Translations under genes and position numbers: made by a program
The notes under the pieces: generated by a model
Database searches by the model: none
What the model was told of the DNA's origin: nothing
What the model saw: only the letters and a program-made list of their open reading frames with translations
Shown here: positions 25,995 to 38,620 of the stretch, in pieces
Numbering within the stretch: the first letter of the stretch is position 1
Layout: every line of letters begins with the position of its first letter
Origin: Prorocentrum cordatum
Lineage: Eukaryota
Assembly (NCBI GenBank): GCA_963575745.1
Contig: CAUYUJ010000258.1
Coordinates: 62,001 to 116,210 of the forward strand
Direction of reading: 5' to 3'
Length of the DNA: 54,210 nt

Positions 25995-26600
25995 TGAGTG
26001 AATTATGAGGAAGTCTCAGGCAGGAGCTCCCTCCCTATGGGGCCCGCGGATTATGTTACTAATCCGAGCGGGCCATCAAATTCTTTTCACTGTCGCCACT
26101 TTTGGGCTCTCGCGCTGCCAGAACGCCATTCCCAGGCCACATGTGTGAGTGATTTGCGAGGAAGTCTCAAGCGGGAACCCCCTCCCTATGGGGCGCGCGG
26201 ATCATGTTATTAATCCGAGCGGGTCATCAAATTTTCGTAACTGTCGCCACTTTTGGGCCCTCGCGCTGCAAGAACGCCACACCCAGGCCACATTTGTGAA
26301 TGAATTGCGAGGAAGTCTCAAGCGGGAACCCCCTTCCTATGGGGCGCGGATCATGTTATTAATCCGAGCGGGTCATCCAATTCTCGTAACTGTCGCCACT
26401 TTTGGGTTCTCGCGCTGCCAGAACGCCACCCCTAGGCCACATTTTGAATGCCCAGAACCAACTGTAGGCCACTTCGTGTTCGTCGTGCCCCAAGAACACC
26501 ACTCCCGGGCAACATTTTGAATGCCGGGAGCCAACTGTAGGCCACTTCGTGTTCTTAGTGCTCCCAGAACACCACTCCAGGGCGACTTTCTGGATGTCCG
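25995..26600. repeat. Three copies of a 150-bp unit followed by two copies of a 78-bp unit
   Basis: AATCCGAGCGGG at 26061, 26212 and 26361; CCAACTGTAGGCCACTTCGTGTTC occurs twice. Confidence 0.9.
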
Positions 26601-26899
26601 TGGCCAAAACAGGAGGGCGAGGTCGGGGGCAACGTAGGGAGCGGGGGGAGGGCCCGCGCCAGGGCGAGAAGAAATATACGCAGAAGAGACAGCCAGGACG
26701 CCTCACCAACAACGAGGACGACGGTGAGGGCTTTTTCCAGATTCGCCCAGAGGATTCTCATGCGGGGTCCTTCCGTCGGAGTATTTTTTTCCCAGCCCTC
26801 CTGCTTTGGGTTTTCGTTTTGAATAGAGCACTGCTCGCGCGAACCTTCCTTCCCGCCCCTCTCTTCCCCCTTGCCTTTTGCCTCGCTCGACGCTGCGTG

Positions 26900-28250
26900 C
26901 CACCTGGGGGGCTGCGATCTGTGAAACTGTCGCCACTTTCGAGGCCTGCTGAGGGGCCCAGCACAGTGGGCACCCGCGGCGGATTCAAATGTGACCTCGC
27001 CATCCCTGGGGGGCTGCGATCTGTGAAACTGTCGCCTCTTTCGAGGCCTGCTGGGGGGCCCAGCACAGTGGGCACCCGCGGCGGATTCAAATGGGATCTC
27101 GCCATCCCTGGGGGGCTGCGATCTGTGAAACTGTCGCCTCTTTCGAGGCCTGCTGGGGGGCCCAGCACAGTGGGCACCCGCGGCGGATTCAAATGGGATC
27201 TCGCCATCCCTGGGGGGCTGCGATCTGTGAAACTGTCGCCACTTTCGAGGCCTGCTGGGGGGCCCAGCACAGTGGGTATTCAAATGGGACCTCGCCATCC
27301 CTGGGGGGCTGCGATCTGTGAAACTGTCGCCACTTTCGAGGCCTGCTGGGGGGCCCGGCACAGTGGGTACCCACGGCGGATCCAAATTTGACCTCGCCAT
27401 CCCTGGGGGGCTGCGATCTGTGAAACTGTCGCCACTTTCGAGGCCTGCTGGGGGGCCCAGCACAGTGGGTACCCACGGCAGATTCAAATGACCTCGTCAT
27501 CCCTGGGGGGCTGCGATCTGTGAAACTGTCGCCACTTTCGAGGCCTGCTGGGGGGCCCAGCACAGTGGGTACCCACGGCGGATTCAAATTAGACCTCGCC
27601 ATCACTGGGGGGCTGCGATCTGTGAAACTGTTGCCACTTTCGAGGCCTGCTGGGGGGCCCAGCACGGTGGGCACTCACGGCGGATCCAAATGAGACCTCG
27701 CCATCCCTGGGGGGCTTCGATCTGTGAAACTGTCGCCACTTTCTTACCTCGCTCGTCGCTGCGTTTCGAGGGCTGCTGGGGTCTGCGATATGTGAAACTC
27801 TCGCCACTTTCGAGCGCTGCTGATGGGGCCCAGCACAGTGGGTACTCACCGCAGACACACATGGGACCTCGCCATCCCTGGGGGGCTGCGATCTGTGAAA
27901 CTGTCGCCACTTTCGAGGGCTGCTGAGGGGCCCAGCACAGTGGGTACTCACCGCGGACTCAAATGGGACCTCGCCATCCCTGGATGGCTGCGATCTGTGA
28001 AACTGTCGCCACTTTCGAGGGCTGCTGAGGGGCCCAGCACAGTGGGTACTCACCGCAGACTCAAATTAGACCTCGCCGTCCTTGGGGGGCTGCGATATGT
28101 GAGACTGTCGCCATTTTCGATGGCTTCTGAGGGGCCCAGCACAGTGGGTACTCACCGCAGACTCAGACTAGACCTCGCCATCCCTGGGGGGCTGCGATCT
28201 GTGAAATTGTCGCCACTTTCGAGGGCTGCTGATGGGGCACAGCACAGTGG
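26900..28250. repeat. Satellite, about 102 bp unit, about 13 copies (variant 2, more homogeneous)
   Basis: Same core as 21230-22645 but with CAGTGGGYACCCRCGGCGGATTCAAAT. Confidence 0.95.
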
Positions 28251-29488
28251 GCTTCCCGCGCGTCTTTCTCCTGCTCTTCGTTCCCGACTCCCCATGCCCC
28301 CTTCGAGCCTGTAGTTGTGGCCCCTCGTTCTTGTATGGTTCTCCTGCGCATCATGCCATTGGCGCGTGTCCCAAGTAGCCTACATATCAAACAACGAATC
28401 CTGCAATTTGATTGTCCGTGCAAGTTTCGGCCAACTCCCTCGTTTCCCATGATACAAATTGGTTGGGTACGTCACAGGGTTATGCTTTTCTTCATGTTCC
28501 GTCTTGTCCTCATCCTCCGCATCTTTTCTTGGGGTGCAAGTTCTGCCAAATTATCTTTGCTAAATTCTGCGGGGGGGGGGGGGGGGGGGGGGCGGTCTTT
28601 CTCCTGCCTGGCAGGGGGGGCCCTGCGAGTTTCCCAGTGGTGTGCTGTTGCGCGGGCCTTTCATGGGTTTTTCCTGTCCAGCTAGCTGGGCGCGCGCGCG
28701 TGCTCCCACGAGCTTCTGGTCAAAGTGTGTCCTGGAGGGGCAAGATTGAGAAACTGGCAGTCGGGCGGTAGACAGCAAGCCCACCAACGGCACCCACGCG
28801 CGGAAGGATCCAACCAAACGTGGCCACCAGGCTACAAGCACCAAGGGATAAGGAAGTGTTTGGGGGTGACTGGAGGGGGGATGTGCGGGTCGGGGGTGGA
28901 GAGGAGGCGGACCATCACGAGTGCGTGCGCCGTTTCCACGGGCGACCCCGTTACTTCTGTGGACAATGTCAACGTAACCAGGGAAGTGAGTTTCTCCGGC
29001 CCCGGGCTTCGATCCTCCTTGCGCTTCCGGCGTGGTGATCCTGCCGGAGGCTTTTCTGGATGGCATCTTTTGCCCGTAATTGCTTGCTTTCTTCTGCTTG
29101 CTTGTGTTTGCGCTTGCTGGCTTTCTTGTTTGCTAGCAGCGACATCGGGAGTCAGTTTGTGACGGCAAAATGTGCGGCAGACCAGACCACAGGTCGTGGC
29201 AGACCCGAACGCAGGTCTTGGTGGTGGAGGAGTGGGGGGGGAGGGGCTCGACGGTGCAGCCTGCGCCAGGAGCAGCGACTGCAGCGGCGCGAAAGGCGCC
29301 GAGGGCGGCAGCGCGGGGGCCCAGCGGCGTCAAGAGGGACGCGGCGCCGAGGGCGCAGACTAGGAGGGTCGCAGGCCTGCGCCCATGGGGCACCCGCCTG
29401 ACGAGACGGGCGGGGGCCCGCGCGGCGCAGGGCGCGCGCCCGCGCCCGCCGCGCGGGGAGAAAGGGAGGGAAAGAAAGAAAGAAAGAA

Positions 29489-29531
<43 letters not shown>

Positions 29532-29699
29532 GAGAGAGGACGCGGTCCGCTTTTACTCGACGGCCCTTGGGCATCCTGGCCGGGTTGGCGACGTCGGGGG
29601 CGCCTTGCGGGAAATGGCGTTGGCCTTCCTGACGATGATGTCCACGTTTTCAGCCGCGCGAATGCAGGAAAGCATGTGTAGGTGGACAGCGCGGGGAAC

Positions 29700-30960
29700 A
29701 TCTTCCGGGAGCAGTCGGTTGAACGGCGCGGATCCGAGTGCCGTGGCGGGTAGGTTTGCATGTGTCTCTCGAGTAGGTTTTCGCTGGGAGACTGCGCTTG
29801 CGCTGATGAAAGAGCCTCTTGGTTGGATGCGCGGGAGTAGTCAGCGTGTTGAATTTTCATGATTTCGCGAAGGCACGTCGTCTGAAAACTATGAAATCTC
29901 TTTCTGTTTGCTTGTGCTAACCATAGGCTTTCTAGATTGCGACCAGCCTGGCGTCGAAGAGGCGTGACTTCCGGTGCTTGCTGATACCAGTGTATTTGCA
30001 GCAAGTTCCGATGCTTTGAACATGTGTCTGGCTTCTCCCAGGCGTAGTCTAACTTCGGGCTTGCTTGCAGCACGGGTGCATGGTTTGCCGTGCGATTTTG
30101 AGCGGTTTTGAAGAGGGATTTACAGCCATACCCGTACGGCTGATCTGCGTCACAACTGTTGCGTCCCAGTGCAAGTCCATACCATATTGACTTCTCATCT
30201 TAATTGGCAAACCCAGCAGCATTTTGAGTGTAACGTGGTTGGCGATCACATGCATGGTGCCGTCGACGTGCAATATGTGTTGTTTGTTTGTTGTTTGTTG
30301 TTTGTTTGTTGTTGTAGGTTTGGTTGACGTCGTAGAGCATGAGGGTCTGGAGGATGATGCAGATGTACGGTGAAAGAGGGCATCTTTGAGCAGTGCCTGC
30401 CCGTTGTTGCCTGATGCTGGGATCTGCCGCAGGGTCTTTTAGGACAAACCATTGTTTTGCATATATTGTTCCACTGGGTGCTAGATGGCATCGGTCCCAG
30501 GGCTGCAAACCTTTTCAATGCTTGTAGTAATGCGTCGTGTTTGACTTAGCCGAAAGTTTTTGCCCAATCCAAGAATGCAGCTATCAACCCAGGGTGTTGC
30601 GTGCAATGCGCGGCGTCGATCATGCGGCGTGCGATTGAAGAAGCGTCAATGGTACTTCGTTTCGGTCTGAAACCAAATTGCGTCGGCCGTATTCTGCTTT
30701 CAGCGCCTCCGTGTTGAATGTGTTGTGAACCATCCACGGGAACATGTTGTAGCCTACTGGAAGGAGAGAGTGCGCGGCAATTTTCTCTAAGGCTGGCGTT
30801 TCCTTTTTTTGCGCAGAAAACACAAAGCATTCAAGACAGCAAGACAACAACTTTCTCTTGGCACTTTTCCCGCGGCGACTCAGGCAAGCGCGCGTGGCAA
30901 CGCTTGCGCTCTGGCGTGCTACTCGGGTTTTACGCTTGCATTTTGGGTGCCCAGGTGCCG
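29700..30960 (-). pseudogene. Decayed LINE (RTE/L2-like) reverse transcriptase remnant
   Basis: KKGNASLRENCRALS, QFGFRPKRST, AFLDWAKTF, GTAQRCPLSPY and LESLWL...FQTTCLREIMKI...SRASNQE across shifting frames; (TTGT)n insertion near 30280. Confidence 0.85.
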
Positions 30961-31429
30961 CGCCGGCTCTGTCACGGTCCACACGTGTGGAGCAGCTTGA
31001 TACGAGTGAACCTGCGTATGGGTGATCGGAGTGAGTATGGGTGAGTTGGAGTGTTGGTTGTTCCGTATGATCGAGCTTGATTTTGAATGGGTTTTCTTGC
31101 GCAGTCTTGGTACGAGTATGTCAGATTATGGGTGAGGTTCCGTTTGGTTTTGGGTGGGTCTGGATCGGAGTGGACCTGCGTGCAAGCAAGTGTAAGTGCG
31201 ATGGGGTCCACATGTGAGTGAGTCTGAGTTTGGGTGAGTTTGGATTTGAGTGTAATGGGCACACATCTGGGTATGAGTGGACCCGTGCGGGGTGGTCTGC
31301 GTATGAATGGGTCGAAGGGTGCGTGGGTCCGATTGTGCGCGGGCCTGATTGTGGGTTGTGTGTGTGGGTCTGGGTGAGTGTGGGCCGGGGCTAGTTGCTG
31401 ATGACCAAGGCCGAGCGAGAATATGTGCG

Positions 31430-32820
31430 TCTGGGTGGTGTATGGGTGCGTGGTTGGGTTGGGTTGGTGGGTAGAGTGGGTGAATGGGTGGTGGGTGGTG
31501 GTGGGTGGGTGGTGGGTGGGTTCGTGCGCGCGTGCGTGCGTGCGTAAGTGCGTGGGTGGGTGTGTGGGTGGGTGGGCGGCCTGGCGCGTTCGACTAAGGT
31601 CGCGCGCAATTTGCATCTCACCTGCTGACCGCACCTAAAGGGCTCCTCTACGCAACGGCAGAAATAGGTGGGTGGGTGGGGTGGGAGGGTTGGAGGGGGG
31701 CTGGGGGTGGGAGGGGGCGGGTTGGCGGGTGTAGTGGGAGGGTGGGTGGTGGGTGGGTGGGTGGGTGGGTGGGGGTGGGCGGGGGGGCGGCGGGCGGGCG
31801 GGGCGCGCGGGCTGGCGGGAAGAAGGGCGGGCGGCGCAGCGCGGCGAGGCGCGGCGCGGCGCGGGGCGGGGCGGGGCGGGGCGGGGCGGGGAGTGGGGGC
31901 GAGTGGGGGAAGTGTGGGATTGGGGGGGGGTGAGTGGGTGAGTGAGTGAGTGGGCGGATGGGCGAGTGGGCAAGTGGGTGAGTGAGTGAGGGCGTGGGTG
32001 AGTGGGTAAGTGGGTGAGTGGGCGAGTGGGCGAGCGGGTGAGTGGGCGAGTGGGTGAGAGGGTGAGTGGGTGAGTGGGTGAGTGACTGGGTGGGTGAGTG
32101 AGTGAGTGGGTGGGTGAGTGCGTGAGTGAGTGAGTGAGTGAATAATGATTGATTGAGTGGGTGCGTGGGTGAGTGGGAGGGTGGTTGCGTGGGTGAGTGG
32201 GTGAGTGGCGGAGTAGGTGAGTGGGTGAGTAGTTAGGTGAGTGAGTTGCTGGGTAAAGGGTGGGTTGATGGGTGGGTAGGTGTGGGGTGGGTGGGTGGGT
32301 TGGGAAGTGGGTGAGCGAGTGAGTGAGCGAGTGTGTGAGTGAGTGAGTGCGTGGGTGAGTGAATGAGCGAGTCAGTGGGTAAGCGAGTGAGTGAATGAGT
32401 GAGTGGGTGGGTGGGTGGGTGGGTGAGTGAGAGGGTGATTCAATGAGTCTTTGTGTGAGTGGGTGACTGGGTGGGTGGGGGAATGCGTGGGTGGGTGGGT
32501 GGGTGGGTGGGTGGGTGACTGAGTGAGCGACTGAGCGGGTGGGTGCGCGCGGAAGTGGGTGAGAGAGTGAGTGGGTGGGTGAGTGGGCGTGGGTGGGCGA
32601 GCCAGTGAGTGAGGGAGTGAGTGAGTGAGTGGGGTGGTGACCTGGGTGGGTGAGTGTTTGAGTGCGTGTATGGGTGCGTGGGTGGGTGGGTGGGTGAGTG
32701 GGTCGGTGAGTATGTGGATGAACGGGTGGGTGAGTCAGTGAGTGAATGAATGGGTAAGTGAGTGAGCGTCTGAGTGAGTGAGTGTGTGGGGTGGTGGTGT
32801 GTGTGTGTGTGTGTGTGTGT
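31430..32820. repeat. (GTGG/GTGA)n tetranucleotide tract (continues at 34048-34335)
   Basis: Direct reading. Confidence 0.95.
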
Positions 32821-32920
32821 NNNNNNNNNNNNNNNNNNNNNNNNNNNNNNNNNNNNNNNNNNNNNNNNNNNNNNNNNNNNNNNNNNNNNNNNNNNNNNNN
32901 NNNNNNNNNNNNNNNNNNNN
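32821..32920. other. Assembly gap (100 N)
   Basis: Run of 100 n; contiguity across it is not guaranteed. Confidence 1.
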
Positions 32921-32968
32921 AGTAGTAGTAGTAGTAGCAGTAGTAGTAGTAGTAGTACATAGTACTGG

Positions 32969-33018
<50 letters not shown>

Positions 33019-33272
33019 GTTCTACGACTACTACTACTACCGCTACCACTACAGCTACCACTACCAGTATCACGGCTACTACTACTACCACACAAACGAC
33101 GACTAATTGTATCATGGGTACTATCGCTGCTTCTGCTACCACTATTGTTGCTAGTCGTGTTACTAGTAATATTATTATTATTAGTAATAGTAATATGATT
33201 ATTATTATTAGTAGTAGTAGTAGTAGTAGTCGTAGTAGTAGTAGTAGTTGTTGTTGTAATAAAGTAGTAGTT

Positions 33273-33305
<33 letters not shown>

Positions 33306-33355
33306 TAGTAGTAGAAGTTAGTAACAGTCGTAGTAGTAGTAGTAGTAGTAGTAGT

Positions 33356-33402
<47 letters not shown>

Positions 33403-33440
33403 AGTATGTAGTAGTAAGTAAGTAGGAGTAGTAGTAGTTT

Positions 33441-33475
<35 letters not shown>

Positions 33476-33476
33476 C

Positions 33477-33532
<56 letters not shown>

Positions 33533-33573
33533 CAGTAGTAGTAGTAGAAGTAGTAGTAGTAGTAGTAGTCGTC

Positions 33574-33639
<66 letters not shown>

Positions 33640-33735
33640 CTACTACTACTACTACTACTACTACTCCTACTCCTACTCCTACTCCTACTCCTACTCCTAC
33701 TCCTACTCCTACTCCTACTACTGCTACTGCTACTG

Positions 33736-33827
<92 letters not shown>
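32921..33827. repeat. (TAG)n/(CTA)n microsatellite with strand switches
   Basis: Direct reading. Confidence 0.97.
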
Positions 33828-33830
<3 letters not shown>

Positions 33831-34334
33831 TTCCGGCAGTTGGGTTATCCCCAGTCATTTTGTCCTGGAACATTTGCGGTTTCCATAAAGGTAATGATCT
33901 TGCTTTGCGCTTCTTGCGCGGACGACACACATTTACGTATGCTAGGCGCGAGGTCAACTAGCCCTTGCTCTTTTCCCCGGTCAACTGAGGGATGTCCCAT
34001 TCAACCGGCGTTTAAAAACCATCGGACGGGGGGAAAGAGCGTTGCCAGTGGGTGGGTGGGTTTGGTGGGTGAGTGATTGAGTGGGTGAGTGATTTGTGGG
34101 TGAGTGAGTTAGTGGGTGAGTGAGTGAGTGAGTGAGTGAGTGAGTGAGTTAGTGTGTGGGTCAGCGGGTGAGTGGGTGATTGGCTGGGTGGGTGGGTGGG
34201 TGCGTCCGTGTGTGAGTGAAGGAGTGTGTGAGGGATGGATGCGTGGGTGAGTGGGTGTGTGGGTGGGTGAGTGAGTGGGTGAATTAGTGATTGGGTGAAT
34301 GAGTGAATGAGTGAGTAAGTGAGTTAGTGAGTGT

Positions 34335-35331
34335 GGGGCACACAAATGTAAAACCAAGTCAGGGGGGCAGGAATAGGCAACCTGCTGGAGACATCGGAGA
34401 CACCCCCACAACCTGGGCGCGCGACTTTTGGATCGCCCTTGCTCCTGGCAGCCCTCTTTCGAGATACCCAAGTGCCGCGCCTGCATTGTCGCGTTGGGTC
34501 ACCAAACGAGTAACGCCAGGGGGGCAGGAACAGGCAAGCAGCCCGAGACATTCCCACACTCTGGGCGCGAATCCTGGAGTGGCCTCGCCCCTGGCGGCAC
34601 CCCGTTGGCGCCGTTGGGGCGTGGAGAACCCGCGCCTGTATATTGCGGTGGGCATTGGGCAACCGGAGGAAAAACGCTCTCTCTGGGGGGCACAAACATG
34701 CGGACAGCGTGCGACATCCCCGCAATGTGGGCGCGAGTCTTGAAGTGTCCTCATCCTTGGCGGCCCCTCCTTGGGGTGCCCAAATGCAGCTCCTGCCATA
34801 TCTCGGTGGGCCTGGGACAGCCGCGAGAGCATAGTTTTAGGGAACAGGCTAACCACCTGTGACACTCCCAGCTCTGGATGCGATCCTAGGGGCGTGCTCA
34901 CTCTTGTCGCCCCCTCCCCCTCCCTCTGTGGTGCACAAATGTTACGCCTGGTACATCGCGGTGGGCAGTGGGCCGCCATGAGAGCAGCTCGGGGGGCAAA
35001 AACAAGCACACCGCTTGAGACATCCCCACGACCTGGGCTCGAATCCTTGGGTCTCTCCTCACCCCTGCCAGCTCCGCCATGGGGTGCTCGAGTGCCGCGC
35101 CTGCTGTGTCGCGGTGGGCATTGGGGCACTAAAAAGGGAGTCTGGGGGGTAGTAGCACGCAAACAGCTTGAGACACTCTACAATCAGGGCACGAGTTCTG
35201 CAAAGTGATCTTCTCCCTGGCGCCCCCCACCCCCCCAGTGGGGGCCCAAATGCCGCGCCTGCTCTATCTATCGCGGTGGGCATTGGACCACGAAGAGAGA
35301 AGTGTGTGTGCGTGCGTGCGTGCGTGCGTGC

Positions 35332-35384
<53 letters not shown>

Positions 35385-36280
35385 GGGGGGGGCAGAAACA
35401 GGCGACCGGCTTGGTGCATGCCGACAATCTGGGCGCGAAGCCTGGAGTGTGTTCATTCTTGGCGGCCCCCCCATTCGGGCACCGCGTGCCTCGCCCGTGG
35501 GCCACCTAATGGTAAAAGCTCTGGGGGCACAACGGGCAAACAGCTGGAGACATCCCGACAGTCTGGGCGCGACTCATGGAGTGTGCTCACCCCTGGCGGC
35601 CTCCCATAGGGGCCCCCAAGTGCCGCGCCTGCTATTTCGTTGTGGGCAGTGGGCCGCCCAAAGGGAAACGTTTGGGGTGCAAAAACATGTAAATAGATTG
35701 AGACATCCAGACAATCTGGGCGCGAATCCTGGAACGTGCTCACCCCTGGCTGCTGCCCCTCGGGGCCCCCAAGTGCCGTGCCTGTTATATCGCGGTGGGC
35801 ATTGGACCAGCAACAGCAAATGATTCGGGGAACAGAAGCAGGCATGCAGCCTGAGACACTCCCACAATCTGGGCGCGAGTAATGGAGTGCTCCTATCCCT
35901 GGCGGCTCCCCCATTGGGTGCCCGAGTGCCATGTCTGCTGTGCTGCGGAGAGCATTGGACAACCAACAGGGAACAGCTTTGGTTGCAGAAACAGGCAAAC
36001 AGCCTCAGACATCTCCGCAATGTGGGCGCTAGTTTTGGAGTGTCCTCATCCCTGCCCCCCCCATCCTCGGGGAGTGCTGAAGCCTGCGCCTCGATGAGAC
36101 ATCCGCGCAATCTGCCCCGAACGCACAGGATGTCGGGGGGGCAGAAACAGGCAAACCGCTTGAGGCGCCCCCACAATCTGGGCGCGAGTTGTGAAGTGTG
36201 CTCATCCCTGGTGGCTCCCCCCTTTGAGGTTCCCAAGTGCCGCGCCTGCTATATCGTGGTGGGCAGTGGACTGCCCGTGA
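34335..36280. repeat. Diverged satellite, about 150-165 bp unit, about 12 copies, with a (TG)n insert
   Basis: GAGACA..CCCACAATCTGGGCGCGA...CCAAGTGCCGCGCCTG...CGCGGTGGGCATTGG recurs. Confidence 0.9.
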
Positions 36281-38099
36281 AGTCTGAGTGTGTCTGAGTA
36301 GGGAGGAGCGCGTCGGATGGGGCGGACTTGAATGTGCATGGGTAAGAGTGCGTCAGAGCCAATTCCATGAAGCCGTCTGAGTAAGTCTGAGTCTGAGTGG
36401 GTCTGAGTGAGGAAATGATGGGGCTGACTCTACGTGGGGAGGAATGGGTTTGCGATGGGCCCCCTGAAGAAGAGTGGGTCTGTGATGGGCCCCGTAATGG
36501 GCGCGGGTGATTCGAGTCTGAGTATCAGCGACATGCGAGTAAAGAAGAGGAAGTGGACGAGCGAGGTCTGGGGGCGTCTAGGCGATAACAAGTGCCCCGT
36601 CTTATGAAATGGGGAATTTCAGGAACCCCAGCCATCTTGGCATATGGGGAGCAACCTTTTCGTCCGCCACCGGCGTTGCAGATGGCTTTCAGGGCGCGTG
36701 CCCAGGGAGGGAGGGCCAGCGCCGAGACAGCGAACACAATGTGGGTGCGTTGCCGCGCACGCTAGGAAAGCGCAGTCTCCATCGTGCGCGGCAGTGGCGA
36801 GACGTTTCTCGTGGCCCCTGAAAACGTGCAGAAGATCCCCGTCGGGAACCTCGACGAGGCAACCTCGGCTCAGCAGAAGCGGGGCGCTCTCTGCTCGGGA
36901 CTGCTGCAGGTCGTCGCTGCGGGCGCTGATTAGGAAGCCGCGTGCCGAGAGGTTCGAGGAGCGGACAGCACAAATGACGCGAGTGAGCGGCTCCCGCGAT
37001 CAGCGCACCGACACCCGATGCGAATTCGAAGCGGATCACGACGCCGCGTTCCGGACAGCCCTGGCCCCCCACTCTGGCGTCTCTGCTTCTCGACGTGGGC
37101 GGGCCTGCTGTCGTGGAGGACGGGCTCGCGCCGTGGCGAGGGGGGGCTGCTGGCCGCGCCCGTGCCAGATCCGAGGTCGCAGCTCTGGAAAGTATCGTCG
37201 CATCACTCCGTGGTGCGCCAGCGGCTGAAACGCGAAGCTCCGCCGCGCCACGCGCCAGATTGACGCGCGCGGGGTCGCTGGATCTCGGCAGCTCGGCGCC
37301 GCCGCCCCCGGCGGCTACTCGGCGAACGGAGGCCCTGTAGACAGGGGTGGGGTGGGAGAACGGTGACATCTCCATTCTATCTCCTCGCTCTCTGGGTATC
37401 GATTCGCGTCGGGCTGATGGGCGCCATGGCGCATGCAGTTGATTTGCCGCGCGATCCCCGCGACGAAGCCCGCGGCGGGCGCCGACGGCGTTCGCAGCTC
37501 CGCAAGGTGGGCCAGGGTTTTCGCCGTCGAGGACGCGATAGGGCTGTGGTAGTGGAGGGAGGCCTGCTCTTCGTGTTGCATCATGACAGTTGGCTGCGTG
37601 GAAACTCCGGTGGGTGGGTTGGGCGGGCGCATCTCCTCGACGTCCACAACGGGGATGACGGCCGAGCAGTTCGCCGAGTTCTGTCCCCAGCGTGGGGTGC
37701 AGATCCTAGGCGGCGCGAATTCATTCCATTTCCGCCCATCGAGGTGATCATGTACGGGCGTCGTCGTCAGCCATTGCTCAGTGTCGCTGGCGCTGAATCT
37801 TCATTCCGGGAGTGGCGCTGCATGCGACGGACGTGGTCTGCTGGGATGGCGCGTTTTTGAATCAATCTGCAGGCAACAAGCCTTTGGTCATGACGTGTGT
37901 TTTAACCTCCCCTCAAGGTCATCATTCATGGGATTCAGCGCCAGATGCACAGGGCAAGGTCAATGACCTGCATGGGGTGCGCGACGGCCATTGGGTCAGG
38001 CGTAGGATCAGACGGATACACAATGGAGATTCCATCACCTTCTGCCCGACCGCCCTGCATCGTGCCAGCGCAGCGTGGCGACGCTTGTGGCACCCATCG

Positions 38100-38620
38100 A
38101 CTCCTGGAGGGGCTCTCATGGAGGCTACCTGGACTGTCTCGGGGCTGTCTTGGAGCTCTCTTGGGGCACCCGTGGGGTCCTCTTGGGTCGTTTCGGGGCT
38201 CTCTCGGGGTTGTCTTTGTGCTGTCTTCGGCCCGTCTCGCCAGTCTGGGCAGTCCTTTGGGGCTATGTTGGAAGCTTCTTGGGGCCCTCTTCGGCAATCA
38301 TCCTTCTTAGGGCCCTCTGGGGATTGTTTCCTGCCGCCTGGAAGCCGCATTCGGTTGTCTGGGCTTCTCCGAGGCTCTCCTGGAGCACTTTAATTTGCTT
38401 TTGTGTTTGAATGAATTGGCCCTTCTGGGAGGTCTCCGGGCCTTCATGTTGATGTCTTAAGTCTCCTGGGACCTCTTCGGCGCCTCCTCGGGTCTTCTAT
38501 GTGTTTGTTGCGTGCCTTTTTGAGGAATTGTGGGAACCATCTTGACGGCTTCGGTGGTTTGCATGGGCCGTCGTGCAAGCGATGGAAAGCTTGGGAGAGC
38601 GTGGGGGGGCGTCGGGGGGG
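38100..38620. repeat. Old diverged copy of the GGCCGTCTTGG repeat family
   Basis: ggctgtcttggagctctcttgggg and cttggggccctcttcgg motifs. Confidence 0.55.

Noticed and set aside
21230..28250. CRISPR-like regular repeats
   Set aside because: Inter-core sequences are homologous rather than unique spacers, there are no cas genes, and the context is eukaryotic.
28680..29160. Possible tRNA-derived SINE (GGGCTTCGATCC B-box-like string)
   Set aside because: No convincing A box, cloverleaf, tail or second copy in the window.
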